Program-made: the position numbers and the translations under genes
DNA from: Heptranchias perlo
Taxonomy: Eukaryota
DNA length: 64,000 nt
Direction of reading: 5' to 3'
Assembly (NCBI RefSeq): GCF_035084215.1
Contig: NC_090346.1
Location: 15,624,001-15,688,000, forward strand
In this document: piece after piece, positions 37,865 to 51,890 of the stretch
Layout of the letters: every line of letters starts with the position of its first letter
Numbering within the stretch: position 1 is the stretch's first letter
Notes under the pieces: generated by a model
Seen by the model: only the letters and a program-made list of their open reading frames with translations
Told to the model about the DNA's origin: nothing
Databases searched by the model: none

Positions 37865-39565
37865 GTGTGTGTTTATGGAAGTCATTTTTTGAGTAGGCCC
37901 TGGCAGTAAAGAAACTTGCCCACCGCCACCCACTTCCTAATACACACGGGCAATAGTCAAGTCGTCAACACGTACTCGGTCAATTTAGGCCTTTATCAGT
38001 ATTTTTTCTGGTTATGCCTGTCTATCTCTGTATATGTGTGTGTGTCTCTCTCTGCCTCTGTGCTTTGATCAGGTCAGGGGAGAGCAGAGGGATATGGGAG
38101 TGGCTGCATTAGAGGAGAACAGGAGGAAGGTGGGATTATCTAGGTGTCAGAACATGGGAACGGCTGGGTTAGAGAGGAGCAAGAGGGAGATGGGACTGTC
38201 TGGGTTGCAGGAGGTGCGAGAGGTTGGGGTAGAGGGGAGTAGGAGGGGGGGGTGGAAGTGTCTGGGTTGTGGGAGATGGGGGTGGCTGGTTTAAAAAGGA
38301 GCAGGAGGGAGGTTAGAATAACAGAGGCAAAGGGGAGCAAGAAGGATGTGGGAGTGACTGGGTTGAGGGAGCAGAAGAGAGATGGGTTAGAGAGGAGCCA
38401 GAGAGATATGAGAGTGGCTGGGCTGTGGGGCTATAGAGCAATTCAAACAAATATTATTTTTATGAAAAATACATACAAAGTAATCCCTGGAAGGTGAGGA
38501 AAGTAAATGAGAGATGAGATATATATGTTTGTAAAGGGTTTATATGAGGGGTGAAATAAGTGTAATATATGAAGGGTGAAAGATTTATAGGAAGGATGTA
38601 TATGTCTGAGGGATATATATAATGGGGGAATGATATATGAGGGATATATGTGTTCTTTCTTTTAACTTGTTTGTATAAATTGGGCTCTTCCTTCATGTCC
38701 AATCAAACATGTATATTAATTACCACTGCGGACTTGATCACCTGATCTCTCTATCAGCCACCTTCCAGCCCATCTATGCTCAGGTCACCTCCCATCTACC
38801 TGAGCCTCTATCTCCCGTAATTCCTTCTTTCTCTTATCCCCTGTTGTTCAGCAACATGCCTTCTCAGTCCCACACCCCATCCAATGTGACTCTCCAGCTG
38901 ATCTCATCTCCTACTGCTGTGTCAGGCTCAACTCCCTTCCAGAGGAGTCTGCCAATCAGCTCTGCTCTGCTTACATATCACTCTGAGATGGCACATTGCT
39001 GGCTGTCCTAGAAGAGCCACACTCACTACCTCACTCCCATGTCCTGGTGAAGACACTGCCCAGTTCATTCTCCGGGGGCTTAAACTCTTTACTTCCCTCT
39101 TTCATTGCCTCCCTTTCCACTTCTTACCACAAGCCTTCAGCTGCCGGCCTGCTCCATATCTATTGATATCTTGGGCCTCACAAACCTGGCTCACAGGCAG
39201 TGCTCTGGCCACCTCACTGAAACCACACCATTCAGCTACACGTTTCACAACATCCCCCACCCAAATTGCTGTGCTGGTGGTGTGGTGCTCATCATCGGGT
39301 CCCACCTTGACCTCTCTCCTTACTTCTCAAATAGGAGAAAGTGGCTATGAGCCCGTCACTTTATGGAAGAATGGCAGTGCAGCTGAAATATTATTGAAAC
39401 TGATGGATGTTTTTGGACAGTCCTTATGGGGCGGACTCAGCAACAACAGAGCTGCACGTACGCTAGACTGGTGCTCACAACTTCTCTTAAGTTGTGTTTG
39501 CTACTGTTATGCTAGCTGAGGATCTTTGTTGACATCAGGGGATGGTCCATAAGGCCAGCAGAGGC

Positions 39566-39940
39566 GAATTTAAAATTCTCATCCTTATGTTCAAATACCT
39601 CTATGGCCTCGCCCTTCCCTATCTCTGTAACCTCCTACAACCCTGTGAGATCTCTGCGCTCCTCCAATTCTGGCCTCTAGCGCTTCCCCGATTTCCATCG
39701 CTCCACCATTGGCGGCCATGCCTTCAGTTGTCTAGGCCCTAACCTCTGGAATTCCATCGCTAAACCTTTCCGCCTCTCTCTCCTCTTTCAAGATCCTCTT
39801 TAAAACATACTACTTTGACCAAGCTTTTCGTCACCTGTCTTAATGTCTCTATGTGGCTCGGTGTCAGATTTTGTCTGGTAATGCTCCTGCCTTTACTACT
39901 TTAAAGGCGCTATATAAATGCAAGTCATTGTTGTTGTTGA
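39566..39940 (+). mobile_element. L2 3' fragment
   Basis: Matches ~4235-4635; tail aaaggcgctatataaatgcaag followed by (ttg)n. Confidence 0.82.
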
Positions 39941-40490
39941 GATTTCAGAACTGAGAGTGGAGGCATCGGCCCCCAAAATGTTCCATTTCTCAATACCTGA
40001 TTGTGGAATGAGGGGAGTCATCATTTATAGGGAGGGAGGAAGTGAGTCAGATTCACTGTGACCAAACATGGCCCTGTCAGATTGACAAATTAAAAAACAA
40101 ACAGTCTCTCGGTTCATCCATGTTGGTGTTTTTCCCGAACCCCCCCATCCTGCTTCCCTGCTTCCAGTGGACTAACCCCGACTGGCTCTGGGCTGCCCAG
40201 TGGAGATCTGCCCCACACATCCCAGAAAGCCCCAAGTTTGATCCCCAGACTGAATTAGCTGATCTCTGTTGGGGCACTACAATTGGTCTAAGTACCCCTG
40301 AGTTAAGGGAGGGGGAAATCAGATCTGGTTCCTGCTCCTGATCACAGAACAGTGGCCTCTGCTGGACAGTACCTGTGGATATCGAGTAAAGATCGTCTGT
40401 AATGTTCTCCATGGTTATTCTGTAACATCATTATATCAAAGGGAATTAGATAGTTATTTGTAAAGGAATAATATAAAAGAACATTAAGTA

Positions 40491-42312
40491 CATCAGTACA
40501 TTAAGAACAAGAGGGTAGCTAAGGAAAAGGTAGGACCTATCAGGGATGATAAGGGTAACTTGTGTGTAGAAGCAGAGGATGTGGGTAGGGTTTTAAATGA
40601 ATATTTTGTCTCCGTATTCACAAAGGAAAGGGATGATCCAGACGTAGTAGTTAAAGGGGAGAGGTGTGAAATATTGGATAAAGTAAACATTACGAGAGAG
40701 GAAGTACTAGAGGGACTGGAATCCTTGAAAGTTGATAAGTCACCAGGGCCAGATGGATTGTTTCCTGGGCTATTGAAGGAAGCCAGGGAGGAAATGGCGG
40801 ATGCTCTGAGGATCATTTTCCAATCCTCACTATATATAGGGGAGGTACCGGAGGACTGGTAGACTGCAAACGTAGTACCATTGTTTAAAAAGGGTACGAG
40901 GGAAAGGCCAAACAATTATAGGCCGGTCAGTCTTATCTCGGTGGTGGGCAAACTCTTAGAATCAATACTGAGAGATAGGATAAACTGTCACTTGGAAAGG
41001 CATGGTTTAATCAGGGATAGTCAGCATGGATTTGTTCAAGGAAGGTCATGCCTTACAAATCTGATTAAATTCTTTGAGGAAGTGACAAGGAGGATTGATG
41101 AGGGTAGTGCAGTGGATGTTGTCTACATGGATTTTAGTAAGGCATTTGACAAGGTCCCACATGGCAGACTGGTCAGAAAGGTAAAAGCCCATGGGATACA
41201 GGGAAATGTGGCGAATTGGATCCAAAATTGGCTCAGTAACAGGAAACAAAGGGTAAAAGTCGATGGATGTCTTTGCGAATGGAAATCTGTTTCCAGTGGT
41301 ATGCCACAGGGCTCAGTTTTGGGTACCTTGCTGTTTGTAGTATATATTAATGATTTGGACTGGAATGTAGGGGGCATGATTGGCAAATTTGCAGACGACA
41401 CAAAAATTGGCTGTGTAGTTGATAGTGAAGAGGATAGCTGTAGACTCCAAGAAGATATCAATGGGTTGGTGGAGTGGGCGGAAAAGTGGCAAATGGAGTT
41501 CAACCCGGAGAAGTATGAGGTAATGCACTTAGGGAGGCAAACTGTAAAAGGGAATATGCAGTAAACGGGAATATATTGAGAGGGGTAGAGGAAGTGAGAG
41601 ACCTTGGAGTGCCTGTGCACAGGTCCCTGAAGGTGGCAGTACAGGTAGATAAGGTTGTGAAGAAGGCATACGGAATGCTCTCCATTATTAGCCGAGGTAT
41701 AGAATACAAAAGCAGGGATGTAATGATGGAACTGTATAAAACGCTGGTAAGGCCACAGCTGGAGTATTGTGCGCAGTTCTGGTCACCACATTACAGGAAG
41801 GACGTAATTGCTCTGGAGAGAGTGCAGAGGAGATTTACAAGAATGTTGCCAGGGCTTGAAAATTGCAGCCACGAGGAGAGATTGGATAGGCTGGGGTTGT
41901 TTTCCTTGGAGCAGAGGAGGCTGAGGGGAGACTTGATTGAGGTGTACAAAATTATGAGGGGCCTAGATAGAGTAGACAGGAAGTACCTGTTTCCCCTAGC
42001 GGAGAGTTCAAGAACTCGAGGACATAGATTTAAGCTGATTGGCGGAAGGATTAGAGAGGACATGAGGAAAAACCTTTTTATCCAGAGGGTGGTGGGTGTA
42101 TGGAATTTGCTGTCCGAATTGGTGATAGAGGCAAGGACTCTCAACTCTTTTAAAAAGTACCTGGACCTGCACCTAAAGTGCTGTAAGCTGCAGGGCTACA
42201 GACCAGGTGCTGGAAGGTGGGATTAGAATGGGCATCTGGTTGTTCTTCGAGCCGGTGTGGACACGATGGGCCAAATGGCCCCCTTCTGTGCTGTATCTTT
42301 TCTATGGTTCTA
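40491..42312 (+). mobile_element. CR1 LINE, 5'-truncated RT, same subfamily as 15688-18346
   Basis: ORFs 40560..40862, 40881..41564 and 41576..42226; very high identity to ~16336-18346. Confidence 0.92.
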
Positions 42313-42901
42313 ACATGAGAAAGGGCAGGGAAATGGGATCACTGTAGACAGTTCAGTTGAAGAGTTCACCATTCACAGGTGGAATGGGCCAAATGGCCTA
42401 CTCCTGTGCTGTAATTTCCATAAATCTACCTTAAAGTTATAATGTGGATATCCACTGTCTAGCCCCAAACATGAAGATTGGTCACTGGAGCGAGGTACCA
42501 AGTGTCCGTGGAACTGTACCCACCCAGTACGACTCAGACCTTCAGGTGAATGGAGTTTGGTAAATGGTAAATGGAGTTAAGATACAAATCGGCCAAACAG
42601 GCTGAGGAGCTGAATGGCCTACTCCTGTTCCTGTGTTCAGGTGAGCTCGGCAGACAGAAAAAAAACATTAAAAATAGGCAAATTTAGCAACTGTGATGGA
42701 GCAGATTGTGAGCTGGAGTGGAGCCGGTGTTATTCTGGAGTAAGGCATCGAGGGATGTTATAAATCGATTGCATCTGCAGTGCACTATCCATTGCATTAC
42801 TCATCTTCCCAGATTAGTTTGTTTTACAGAACTAACCCATTTATAAACTGTCAATCCCACCACACTCCATCCCATCACCTTTTTTCTTTCTCCTCCCACA
42901 G

Positions 42902-43060
42902 TGCGGGCGCAACGCCGAGAACTTCGACCGATTTTTCACCCGTCATCCGCCAGTCTTAACTCCACCTGACCAAGAGGTCATCGTGAATATTGACCAGGCA
43001 GAGTTCGAGGGGTTCTCCTTTATTAACTCGGGGTTTCTAAAGCCTGAAGTTACATGTTAA
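42902..43060 (+). CDS. PRKCB: Protein kinase C beta, alternative terminal exon betaII (V5)
   Basis: Pyrimidine tract plus cacAG acceptor, in phase with the donor at 35190. Encodes [52 protein letters not shown], with NFD, turn-motif Thr and hydrophobic-motif Ser. Confidence 0.96.
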   Translation, partial: CGRNAENFDRFFTRHPPVLTPPDQEVIVNIDQAEFEGFSFINSGFLKPEVTC

Positions 43061-44033
43061 AAGCACTTGGGGGAATGGGGGAAAGGAGAGGGGGCGGGTC
43101 AAGTGTCCTCTCCAGAATAGGGGGCCAAGTTCTGGGTTGTGCAGCATGTTCAGAAGCTGTTAACTGTTACGTGATGTTTGCTTTGCAAATCTCCAAGGCG
43201 TGTTGGGAATGCAGTACTTTATCCATCACCTCATCACACAGCGAGACAGAGTCCACACAGCAGCTGAGAAAGGTGCTGCTGACGGGTTCATATTGCAGGT
43301 GCTTCCCTTTATATTCAGTCTGTATGAAGTTGCTTTGCAAAATTATTTGCTGCCTGGTTGCCAAAAGCTGGCCTGTAGTTTATTAACTGCCTCAATCCTG
43401 TGGCTTTCCTGTTGCTCTACTGCAAAACATAAAGGAAATCCCCTTGTTACTACAGAGTGAGACTTGCTCTGGTCACACCTGTTGTGACATTGCTGGTGTG
43501 TTGGTGAAGATTTTCTCTGGTCAGTGTTTCTAACTAAATCTGTCTGCGACTGTGTGCAAAATTCGAACCAGGGAAAATCTTCAATGACAGATTTGGGCTG
43601 TTGACCTCCGCAATTCTAAAAATGTGTCAAACAAAGTTCTTTCTAAATGTTTTATTTCCCACAGAATGTGATCCTGGCCGCTGATGTGTAATAATGATAA
43701 TAATAATGTTTGAATCAAAAAAAGTGTTTGTAAAATCTGCTCAGTTTTAGAAGTGATTGTGACTGTCCCCTTTCCCATGTTAGTGTTTAATTGCCAGCTC
43801 TGCTCTCTCTCTGGGCTTAAAAGATACTTTGAAGGCCAGCTTCCTCCTAACCTGCTTGGACTGGCCTTGCCGTTGGTGATTCTTTCAGGAGGGCGCCGGC
43901 ATCTTTAAAGTGATAACGAAACTTTGCAAGAAATTTTAAAAAGAAATAAAGTGATGCATGACCGTTGTTTTGTAGTGTGTTGCTGACAACGCCTGCAGTT
44001 GATGTGCCAAATATTTTTCCAGTATTGATATAC

Positions 44034-44039
44034 AATAAA
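44034..44039 (+). promoter_or_regulatory. Candidate polyadenylation signal for the betaII transcript (another AATAAA at 43945-43950)
   Basis: AATAAA ~1 kb after the betaII stop, followed by T-rich sequence. Confidence 0.5.
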
Positions 44040-46589
44040 GAAAATCGCACCAAAAAAGCTCAGCATCACTTTAGTCACCTGTTTAATTTAACAGCCGCTT
44101 CTATTTTTCTGCTCGGGTGTTTTCTGTACACTAACTGCCTCAGTGCTGTTCCAGGAAGGAAAGTTAATTAAATCTGTCTAAAATTGACATTGAGTGCTTA
44201 TCAGAAGTTCTGAGTCCTATCAGCCCCAAACAGGTCATCCCACTGACACACTCGTTTCAGTCTCTTAAGCAGCTACTCAATTCTAATCCCTTCCGTGCAA
44301 ACCCCCAGCATAAATTACAAAATACATCAACCAACCGAGGAAATAATAATCCTGTGCTATAAAGGGGAAATAGAATGCAGCTGTAAGCAGAAAATGTAGC
44401 CATTCAAGTACCAAACACTGGCTAGTCCACATAACCCTCTGTGTAACCCTTACCCCACTGAATAAACAGCAACTCTGCACAGTTATGCAGGGAATAACTC
44501 TTACCCCACTGAATAAATAGCAATTGCCCAGTTACACAGTAAGTAATCATTACCCTGCTGAATAAACAGGATAAAATGTTTAAGAAGTAGACATTCAGAT
44601 CCTGAATGACTCTTAAACCCACAGTAACAAAGGATTTTAGCTTGTGACCTTGTAGAAATGAGGAGGAGAGGGAGGTATGGTACTTCCCCACAGGAAGGGA
44701 AGACTATCTGGGACCAGGTTTCATGTACCTTCTATAATCTGAATCAAGTGTGCTATCAGCAGAGACCTGAGAGCAGGGCACCCTGGCACTCTTTTGTCCG
44801 AGGTGTGGCGGTTGACCCAGAGAGGGGAGGTTTTTCCTCTCAGTGTTAAGTGTATCTGAATTGTATACCCATTAATGAAGAGCAGGTTTGCAATTTCACT
44901 ATATAGAGTGCACAGAGGAAACCTTCAGGGAGATGGAAAGGATGTGGGGTGAGAACAGCAATTTAAAAGAGACAAAAATTAACTCTTAGTTGCTCTTTAA
45001 AACTGCAGTCTACACAGTTTCCATGCTTACAAATAAAACCATTTCACATGTGGAATGAACAAAACAGCTGATAGTGAGTAAAGCACATGTTATTCGCCTG
45101 GCATAATTCATTCTGCTGAGCTATTGGGCTCTTCACCGCCCAATCTTTGGTTTTTGGAGTCCAGTGCACCCCAATACGCCATCTAAAGAGATAATTTGCT
45201 ACTTTCTTTGAAAGGAGTGGATGGAAAAATATCATCCTCATTGTAATTTGTCAGCATTTTATTAACGTATTTTGGTTCCATCCCTCCCCCAGTCTCAAAT
45301 AATCAGGGCTACATCATGGTCTTGTCAGTAAAGCTTAATAATCAGACGAGAGAATGGTAGAGTGATGTAGAAAGAAATAGAGAGGAGCGGACATGGTAGA
45401 AAGAGGAAGCGAATGCGACAGAAGGGTAGAGAGCGGTAGAGGTAGTTATAGGGGGGATAGAACATGAAGGAGGAATAGTGTGGCCTGCAGAATAGAGTAC
45501 AATAGAGAGGGGTTGCAAACAGCAGAGAGGGTTAGAGATAAATAGACAGAGATGGAAGGGGAGAGTGGTAAAAGCGAATAGAGAGGGGGTGTGTGGTAGA
45601 GATGGATAAAGAGGGGTAGAGCACAGTAGAGTGGTAGGAAAGGGTGGAGATGAGTAAAGAGGGATAGAGTTGAATAAAGAACATAAGAGAAAGGTAGATG
45701 GTTATAGAGAGCAACAGACTTCCTTCTATTAGTTTGTCTACTCTGAGTCTTGCTCCCAGGAAAAAAGTGTGTTTGTGAAAGTTCACCCAGCAATAGAATG
45801 TGCCTGTTAAAAGGCAGTCAAGAAAAACTTGTACAGTTTAGTTCAGGGTGGGATAATTACAAAGTTCACTACTCACAGAGAGTCCTGTAGGTTGGCTTTC
45901 TGAAGGAAGGGCTAGATTTCAAAGTTGGAACAGAGCAGTGAATAGTACAGTGGACTTTCATCATCGTACCATGGGCACAGCAGGAAGTGGAAGAGACAGT
46001 GATCCTGGTGTGCAGTGCTTAGAAGATGTACAACTTATAGAACTCCAGATAGTGGATCTACTCAATGGGCATAACTACCTGGACCTCACAGAAGAACAAT
46101 GTCAATGAAGTTCAGGCTCAGTGGAGATGCTTTAACTGAGGGGTCCCATCTGGGCCATGATAATCTGCAGACACAATCGTATGTGGCATTACAGTGTATG
46201 AAATTTAATACAGATAATGCAAAGTATTATGTGGAATCACAGAAGTGACAGCACTGACGGAATCCATGCAGTGATACCACCTGTGCCAGTGCTAATTCTT
46301 CAACTGGAGCTATTTACTCTAATGTCATTTTCCTGTCCTTTCCCCATATCCTTTTATATTTTTCCTTTTCAAATACATATCCAATTCCCTTTCAATAGTC
46401 ACTTAAGGTAAATCAATCCATGTTCTAATAACCGTCTGTGAAAAAGTTTATTCAAACGTCCCCCTTCATTCTTCTAATGATGATTTTGAGTCTATGCCCT
46501 TGTTACAAATTCAGGCAAACAATCTGACACTATTTACTCTCTAAAAACTTTCATAATATTATTTTAGTGAATACATAACTCATTCCTTT

Positions 46590-47480
46590 GCTAATATAAC
46601 ACACCTTCGCACTGATGTAATACACCCTACACTGATATAACAATCTGTCACTGATACAGCACACCCCTCATTGAGATAACACAGTCCCTCACTGATATAA
46701 CATAGCCCTCACCAATAAAACACCCTGTCACTGACATAACACTTCTCATTGATATAAAACATCCTTATTAACTTATCACACCTTCAGCTGATATAACATG
46801 CCATCTCACTGATACAACACACCCTCACAACTATAACACAAATGTAGGACTTTGTAACAGGAATAATACATCCTCACACTGATGTAACACAGTCCCTTAC
46901 TCAGTATATACAATATCAATTGCATCCTGTTACTCAGTTTCCATTATTAGTGTGTACATTATCAATTATTTCTTGTTACTCATTGTGTACAGTATTATAT
47001 TCTGTTACTCACTTTGCATTGTTGCTCAATATGTACGTTAACAATTATTTCTTGTTACTCATGTACAATATTATTTTCTGACACTCAGTCTTCATTGTTG
47101 CTGAATGTATACATTATTAATCATTTCTTGTTACTCGTGTACAGTATTATTTTCCATTACTCAGTTTGCATTGATTCTCAGTGTGTACAGTATCATTTTT
47201 TCCTGTATACAGTATTAATTCTTTCCTATTCAGTTTGCATCATTACTGTGTGTACATTATCAATCTTTCCATTACTCCGTGTATACAAGTATTAATTGTT
47301 TACTGTTACTCAGTTATCAATCATTTCCTGTTACACAGTATGTACAGTATTAATTATTTCTTGTTACTCAGTTTGCTTTGTCACAGTGTGTACTCAAGTG
47401 TGTACAGTATTAATTATTTCTTGTTATTTAGTTTGCATTGTTACTTAGTATGTATGGTATCAAGGGTATAATGTTACTTG
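46590..47480 (+). repeat. Two degenerate low-complexity repeat blocks (cactgatataacac; ttactcagtgtgtacagtatt)
   Basis: Recurrent short motifs visible by eye. Confidence 0.65.
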
Positions 47481-47769
47481 GTGTGTACTGGTTTGATAGT
47501 ATCCCTCTCACAGTATACTGATAGTCAATGTGGACAGTATAAATCATTGTGTATTATGCAGCCTGTAGAGTTATTCTGTGTGTTTTGTATCCTTATGTAC
47601 CCAGCATGCACTATAAGAATGTTTCTTACTTCACAAGCATGTACTCCAGGAATACCTCGCTGTCCAGAATACACAAAACAAATGACATCCATTACCCAGC
47701 ATGTACAGCATGTATATCTCTCCTACCAAGAATAACAGAAATAAATGCCCCCACTTAGCATGAATTGCA

Positions 47770-48070
47770 TGAATACCCCCTCCTACCCAAATATACTAAA
47801 TAAATGCCCCTCTTATCTATCATGAAATATATAAATACCCCCTTTTATCCTGCATGAAGTGTATACTAAATAGATGCCCCTCTTATCTATCATGAAATAT
47901 ATAAATACCCCCTTTTATCCTGCATGAAGTGTATACTAAATAAATGCCCCTCTTATCTATCATGAAATATATAAATACCCCCTTTTATCCTGCATGAAGT
48001 GTATACGAAATAAATGCCCCTCTTATCTATCATGAAATATATAAATACCCCCTTTTATCCTGCATGAAGT
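47770..48070 (+). repeat. 70-bp tandem repeat, ~4 units
   Basis: ta(a/g)atgcccc at 47801, 47871, 47941 and 48011. Confidence 0.92.
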
Positions 48071-48259
48071 TTATCCAAGAGAATGTGAAGAGTTTGAAAT
48101 GTCCCATGATACCAAGCATGCAGCAAATCACTGCCCCCTCCCTAGGCAGCAATGCAGCTATGCCCCTTTTACACCAGTATACATTGTATGAATGCCCCAT
48201 CTTACAATGGGTACTGCATATGAACACCTGCTCCAGTCTGCATTTTATGCAAATGGAAA

Positions 48260-51200
48260 CTCTGGTCTGTATATGTTCAGGTCTCTGATCTGTATTTCTT
48301 GAGGTCTGTGGTCTGTATATGTTCATGTCTCTGATCTGTATTTCGTGGGGTCTCTGGTCTATATATGTTGATGTCTTTGATCTGTAATTCTTGGGATCTT
48401 GGGTCTGTATGTTAACCTCTTTGGTCTGTATTTCTTGGGGTCCCTGGTCTTATATATGTTCAGATTCCTGGTCTGTAAATGTTCAGGTCTCTGATCTGTA
48501 ATTCTTAGTGTCTCTGATCTGTTTATGTCTAGGCCTCTTGTCTGTATAGGTTCAGGCCTCTGGTCTGTATATAATTCAGGACCCTGCTCTGTATTTCTTG
48601 GGGTCTCTGGTCTGTATATGTTCAAGTCTTTGATCTGTATTTTTTGGCATTTCTGGTCTCTATATGTTCAGGTCACTGATCTGTAATTCTTGGGGTCTCT
48701 GGTCTGTATTTCTTGGGGTCCTTGATCTGTATTTCTTGGGGTCTCTGGTCTGTAGATGTTCAGGTCTCTGATCTGTAATTGTTGGGGTCTCTGGTCTGTA
48801 AATGTTCAGGTCTCTGGTCTGTATTTCTTGGGGAGCCTGATCTGTATTTCTTGGGGTCTCTGGTCCATATATGTTAATGTCTCTGGTCTGTATTTCTTGG
48901 GGTCTCTGGTCTGTATATGTTGATTCTCTCGTCTGTATATGTTGATGTCTCTGGTCTGTATATGTTGCGGTCTCTGGTCCTTATTTCTAGGGGTCTCATG
49001 GTTTGTATATGTTGATTCTCTCGTCTGTATATGTTGATGTCTCTGGTCTGTATTTCTTGGGGTCTCTGGTTTGTATATGTCGAGGTCTCTGGTCTGTATT
49101 TCATGGGGGTCCCTGGTCTGTATTTTTGGGGTCACTGGCTTGTATATGTTGATGTCTGTGGTTTGTATACATCGAGGTCTCTGGTCTGTATATGTTGATG
49201 TCTCTGGTCTATATTTCTTGGGGGGGGGGTCCCTGGTCTGTATTTCTTGGGGGTCTCTGGCTTGTATATGTTGATGTCTGTGGTTTGTATACATCGAGGT
49301 CTCTGGCTTATATATATTGATGTCTCTGGTCTTTATATGTTGATGTCTCTGGTCTGTAAATGTTCAGGCCCCTGATCTGTATATGTTAAGCTCTTTGGTC
49401 TGTATTTCTTGGGGTCTCTAGTCTGTAAATGTTCAGGTCTCTGATCTGTAATTCTTGGGATCTCTGGTCTGTATATGTTAAGCTCTCTGGTCTGTATTTC
49501 TTGGGGAGCCTGATCTGTATTTCTTGGGGTCTCTGGTCCATATATGTTAATGTCTCTGGTCCGTATATGTTGAGGTCTCTGATCTGTATTTTTAGGGGTC
49601 TCATGGTTTGTATATGTTGATGTTTCTGGTCTGTATTTCTTGAGGGGTCCCTGGTCTGTATTTCTTGGGGGGTCCCTGGTCTGTATTTCTTGGGGTCTCT
49701 GGATTGTATATGTTGATGTCTCTGGTTTGTATATGTCGAGGTCTCTGGTCTGTATGTGTTGATGTCTCTGGTCTGTATTTCTTGAGGGGTCCCTGGTCTG
49801 TATTTCTTGGGGGGTCCCTGGTCTGTATTTCTTGGGGTCTCTGATTTGTATATTTTGATGTCTCTGGTCTGTATTTCTTGGGGGGGTCCCTGGTCTGTAT
49901 TTCTTGGGGTCTCTGGCTTGTATATGTTAATGTCTCTGATCTGTATTTCTTGGGGTCTCTGGTTTTTATATGTTGATATCTCTGGTCTGTATTTCTTAGG
50001 GTCTCCGGTCTGTATATGTTGATATCTCTGATCTGTATTTCTTGGGGTCTCTGGTCTGTGTTTTTATTGAGGGTTCATGTTTGTGCTCATTGGTCCATAT
50101 CTGTTGATGGACTCTGAGCTGTGTTTTAGCCTCTCGTGTGTGTTTGTTGGAAGCTTTGGTCTGTGTTTATTGTGCGATTTCTCTGATTTATTTTTCCTGG
50201 AGGGTCTGGTCTTTATTGGGATCTCCCTGGACTATTTTTGCTGGGATCCCTCTGACCGTTTTTGCTGGGATCCCTCTGGATTGTTTTTACTGGTGGTCTC
50301 TGGTCTGTATTTATGTGTGGTCATTAATTTGTGCACTGTATTTTCTGGGGGTCACTCTGGTGTGTGTTTATTTAGGGCTGTGATCTGTATAATTGGGCAT
50401 CTTCTGGTTCATTGCTTTTGGATCTGTTCTGGTTTTGTTGGAAGTTCTAGCATGTGTTAATTGGGAGTTTCTTTGCTCTATATTTTTGGAATCTCCGTTC
50501 TGTGTTTATTGGAGGGCTTCATTCTGTGTTCATTTGGATGTCACCATTCTGTGTTTACTGGGGGGTTTCTCTGGTCAGTTGGTTATTGGGAGATCGTATG
50601 TTTGTGTTGATGGGGGGTCTCTGGTCTCTGTTGGTTGGAGATCTCTAATTCCTGTTTTTGAAGGGCTTTAGTAAGTGATTATTGGGTGTTCTATTTGGGG
50701 GTCCACAATTAGTACAAAACAGAGCCCCCAAATTGAAATAACTAAGAACCCCCAATAATTTGGTCTGTGTTTACCGGGAGATTCTGGTCTATCTAATTAG
50801 CAGCGTCTGTTTTGTGTTTTATTGAGGCACCTGGTCTGTGTTTTATTAAGTCCTCTAGTATGTATTAATGGATGTCTCTGTGTGTATTGGGAAGTGTGGT
50901 CTGTTTTTATTGATGTTTCAGTCTATATTTATTGAGGATCTCTCTAGCCTGTGTTTGTTGTGGACTCTGCTCTTTGGAGACCAGTCTGTGTTTGGCAGGT
51001 GTCTCTGTACTATATATATTGGGGTGCTTGGACTGTGTTTATTGACTGTGGTCTGTGTTTATTGCAGGCTCTCATCTGTAACATCACACTGGTTTGTTTG
51101 TTTTGGGGTCTAACCTGTGTTTGTTAGAAGCTCTGGTGTGTATTTATTAGGGGTTCCGGTCTGTGTTTATTGGGTGGTCTCTGATTTGTATATTGTGGAG

Positions 51201-51890
51201 TCTCTGGTCTATGTTTGTTGGGGGTTCGGGTCTGTGTTTATTTGGGTTTATCTGCTCTAGGCTGTGGTTATTTTGTGATTGCTCTGATTTTTCTTTCTTA
51301 GGGCCTATGGTCTCTCTTTACTGGGGTCTTTCTGGTCTATGTTCATTGTAAGTTTTTTATCTATTTATTGGGGTTGATTTGCATTAATTGGTCTGTTTTA
51401 ATTGTGGGCTCTAATCTCTGTTTGTCATGGGTCTGTGGCATGTATTTATTGGGGGGTCTCTCTAGCTTGTGTATATTTATGATCTCCGTGTTCTGTGTTT
51501 ATTGGGTTCTGTTTAGTCTGTTTTTATTGGGTATCTCTGGTCTGTATTTATTGGTGATCTATCTAGTCAGGGATGGACTGGCTGCCCCAAAAGGGCATGG
51601 GATTCTTCAGGGCTCTCACAAAAAAAGGGGGGGTTGCAAATAATACAGCGCTGTGGAACTCTTCACTGTTTCTCCCCATTTCCCACATGGCCGGTCCACC
51701 CCTGTACCAGTATGTTTTACTTGGGGACTCTATGGTCTTTATTTGTTTGGGGTGTCTGCTTTTTGCTTATTGGGGTTTACACATCTGTCATTATTGGGGA
51801 TTCCTGTCTTGTTATTGGGGTCTCTCTGGTCTGTTCATTGGGAGCTTCTCTGGTCTGTGTTTATTTGGGGCTGTATTTGTGTATTGGGGT
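48260..51890 (+). repeat. ~23-bp minisatellite (tctctggtctgtatttcttgggg / tctctggtctgtatatgttgatg), decaying after ~50070
   Basis: Two alternating unit types with a strong T/G strand bias. Confidence 0.85.
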
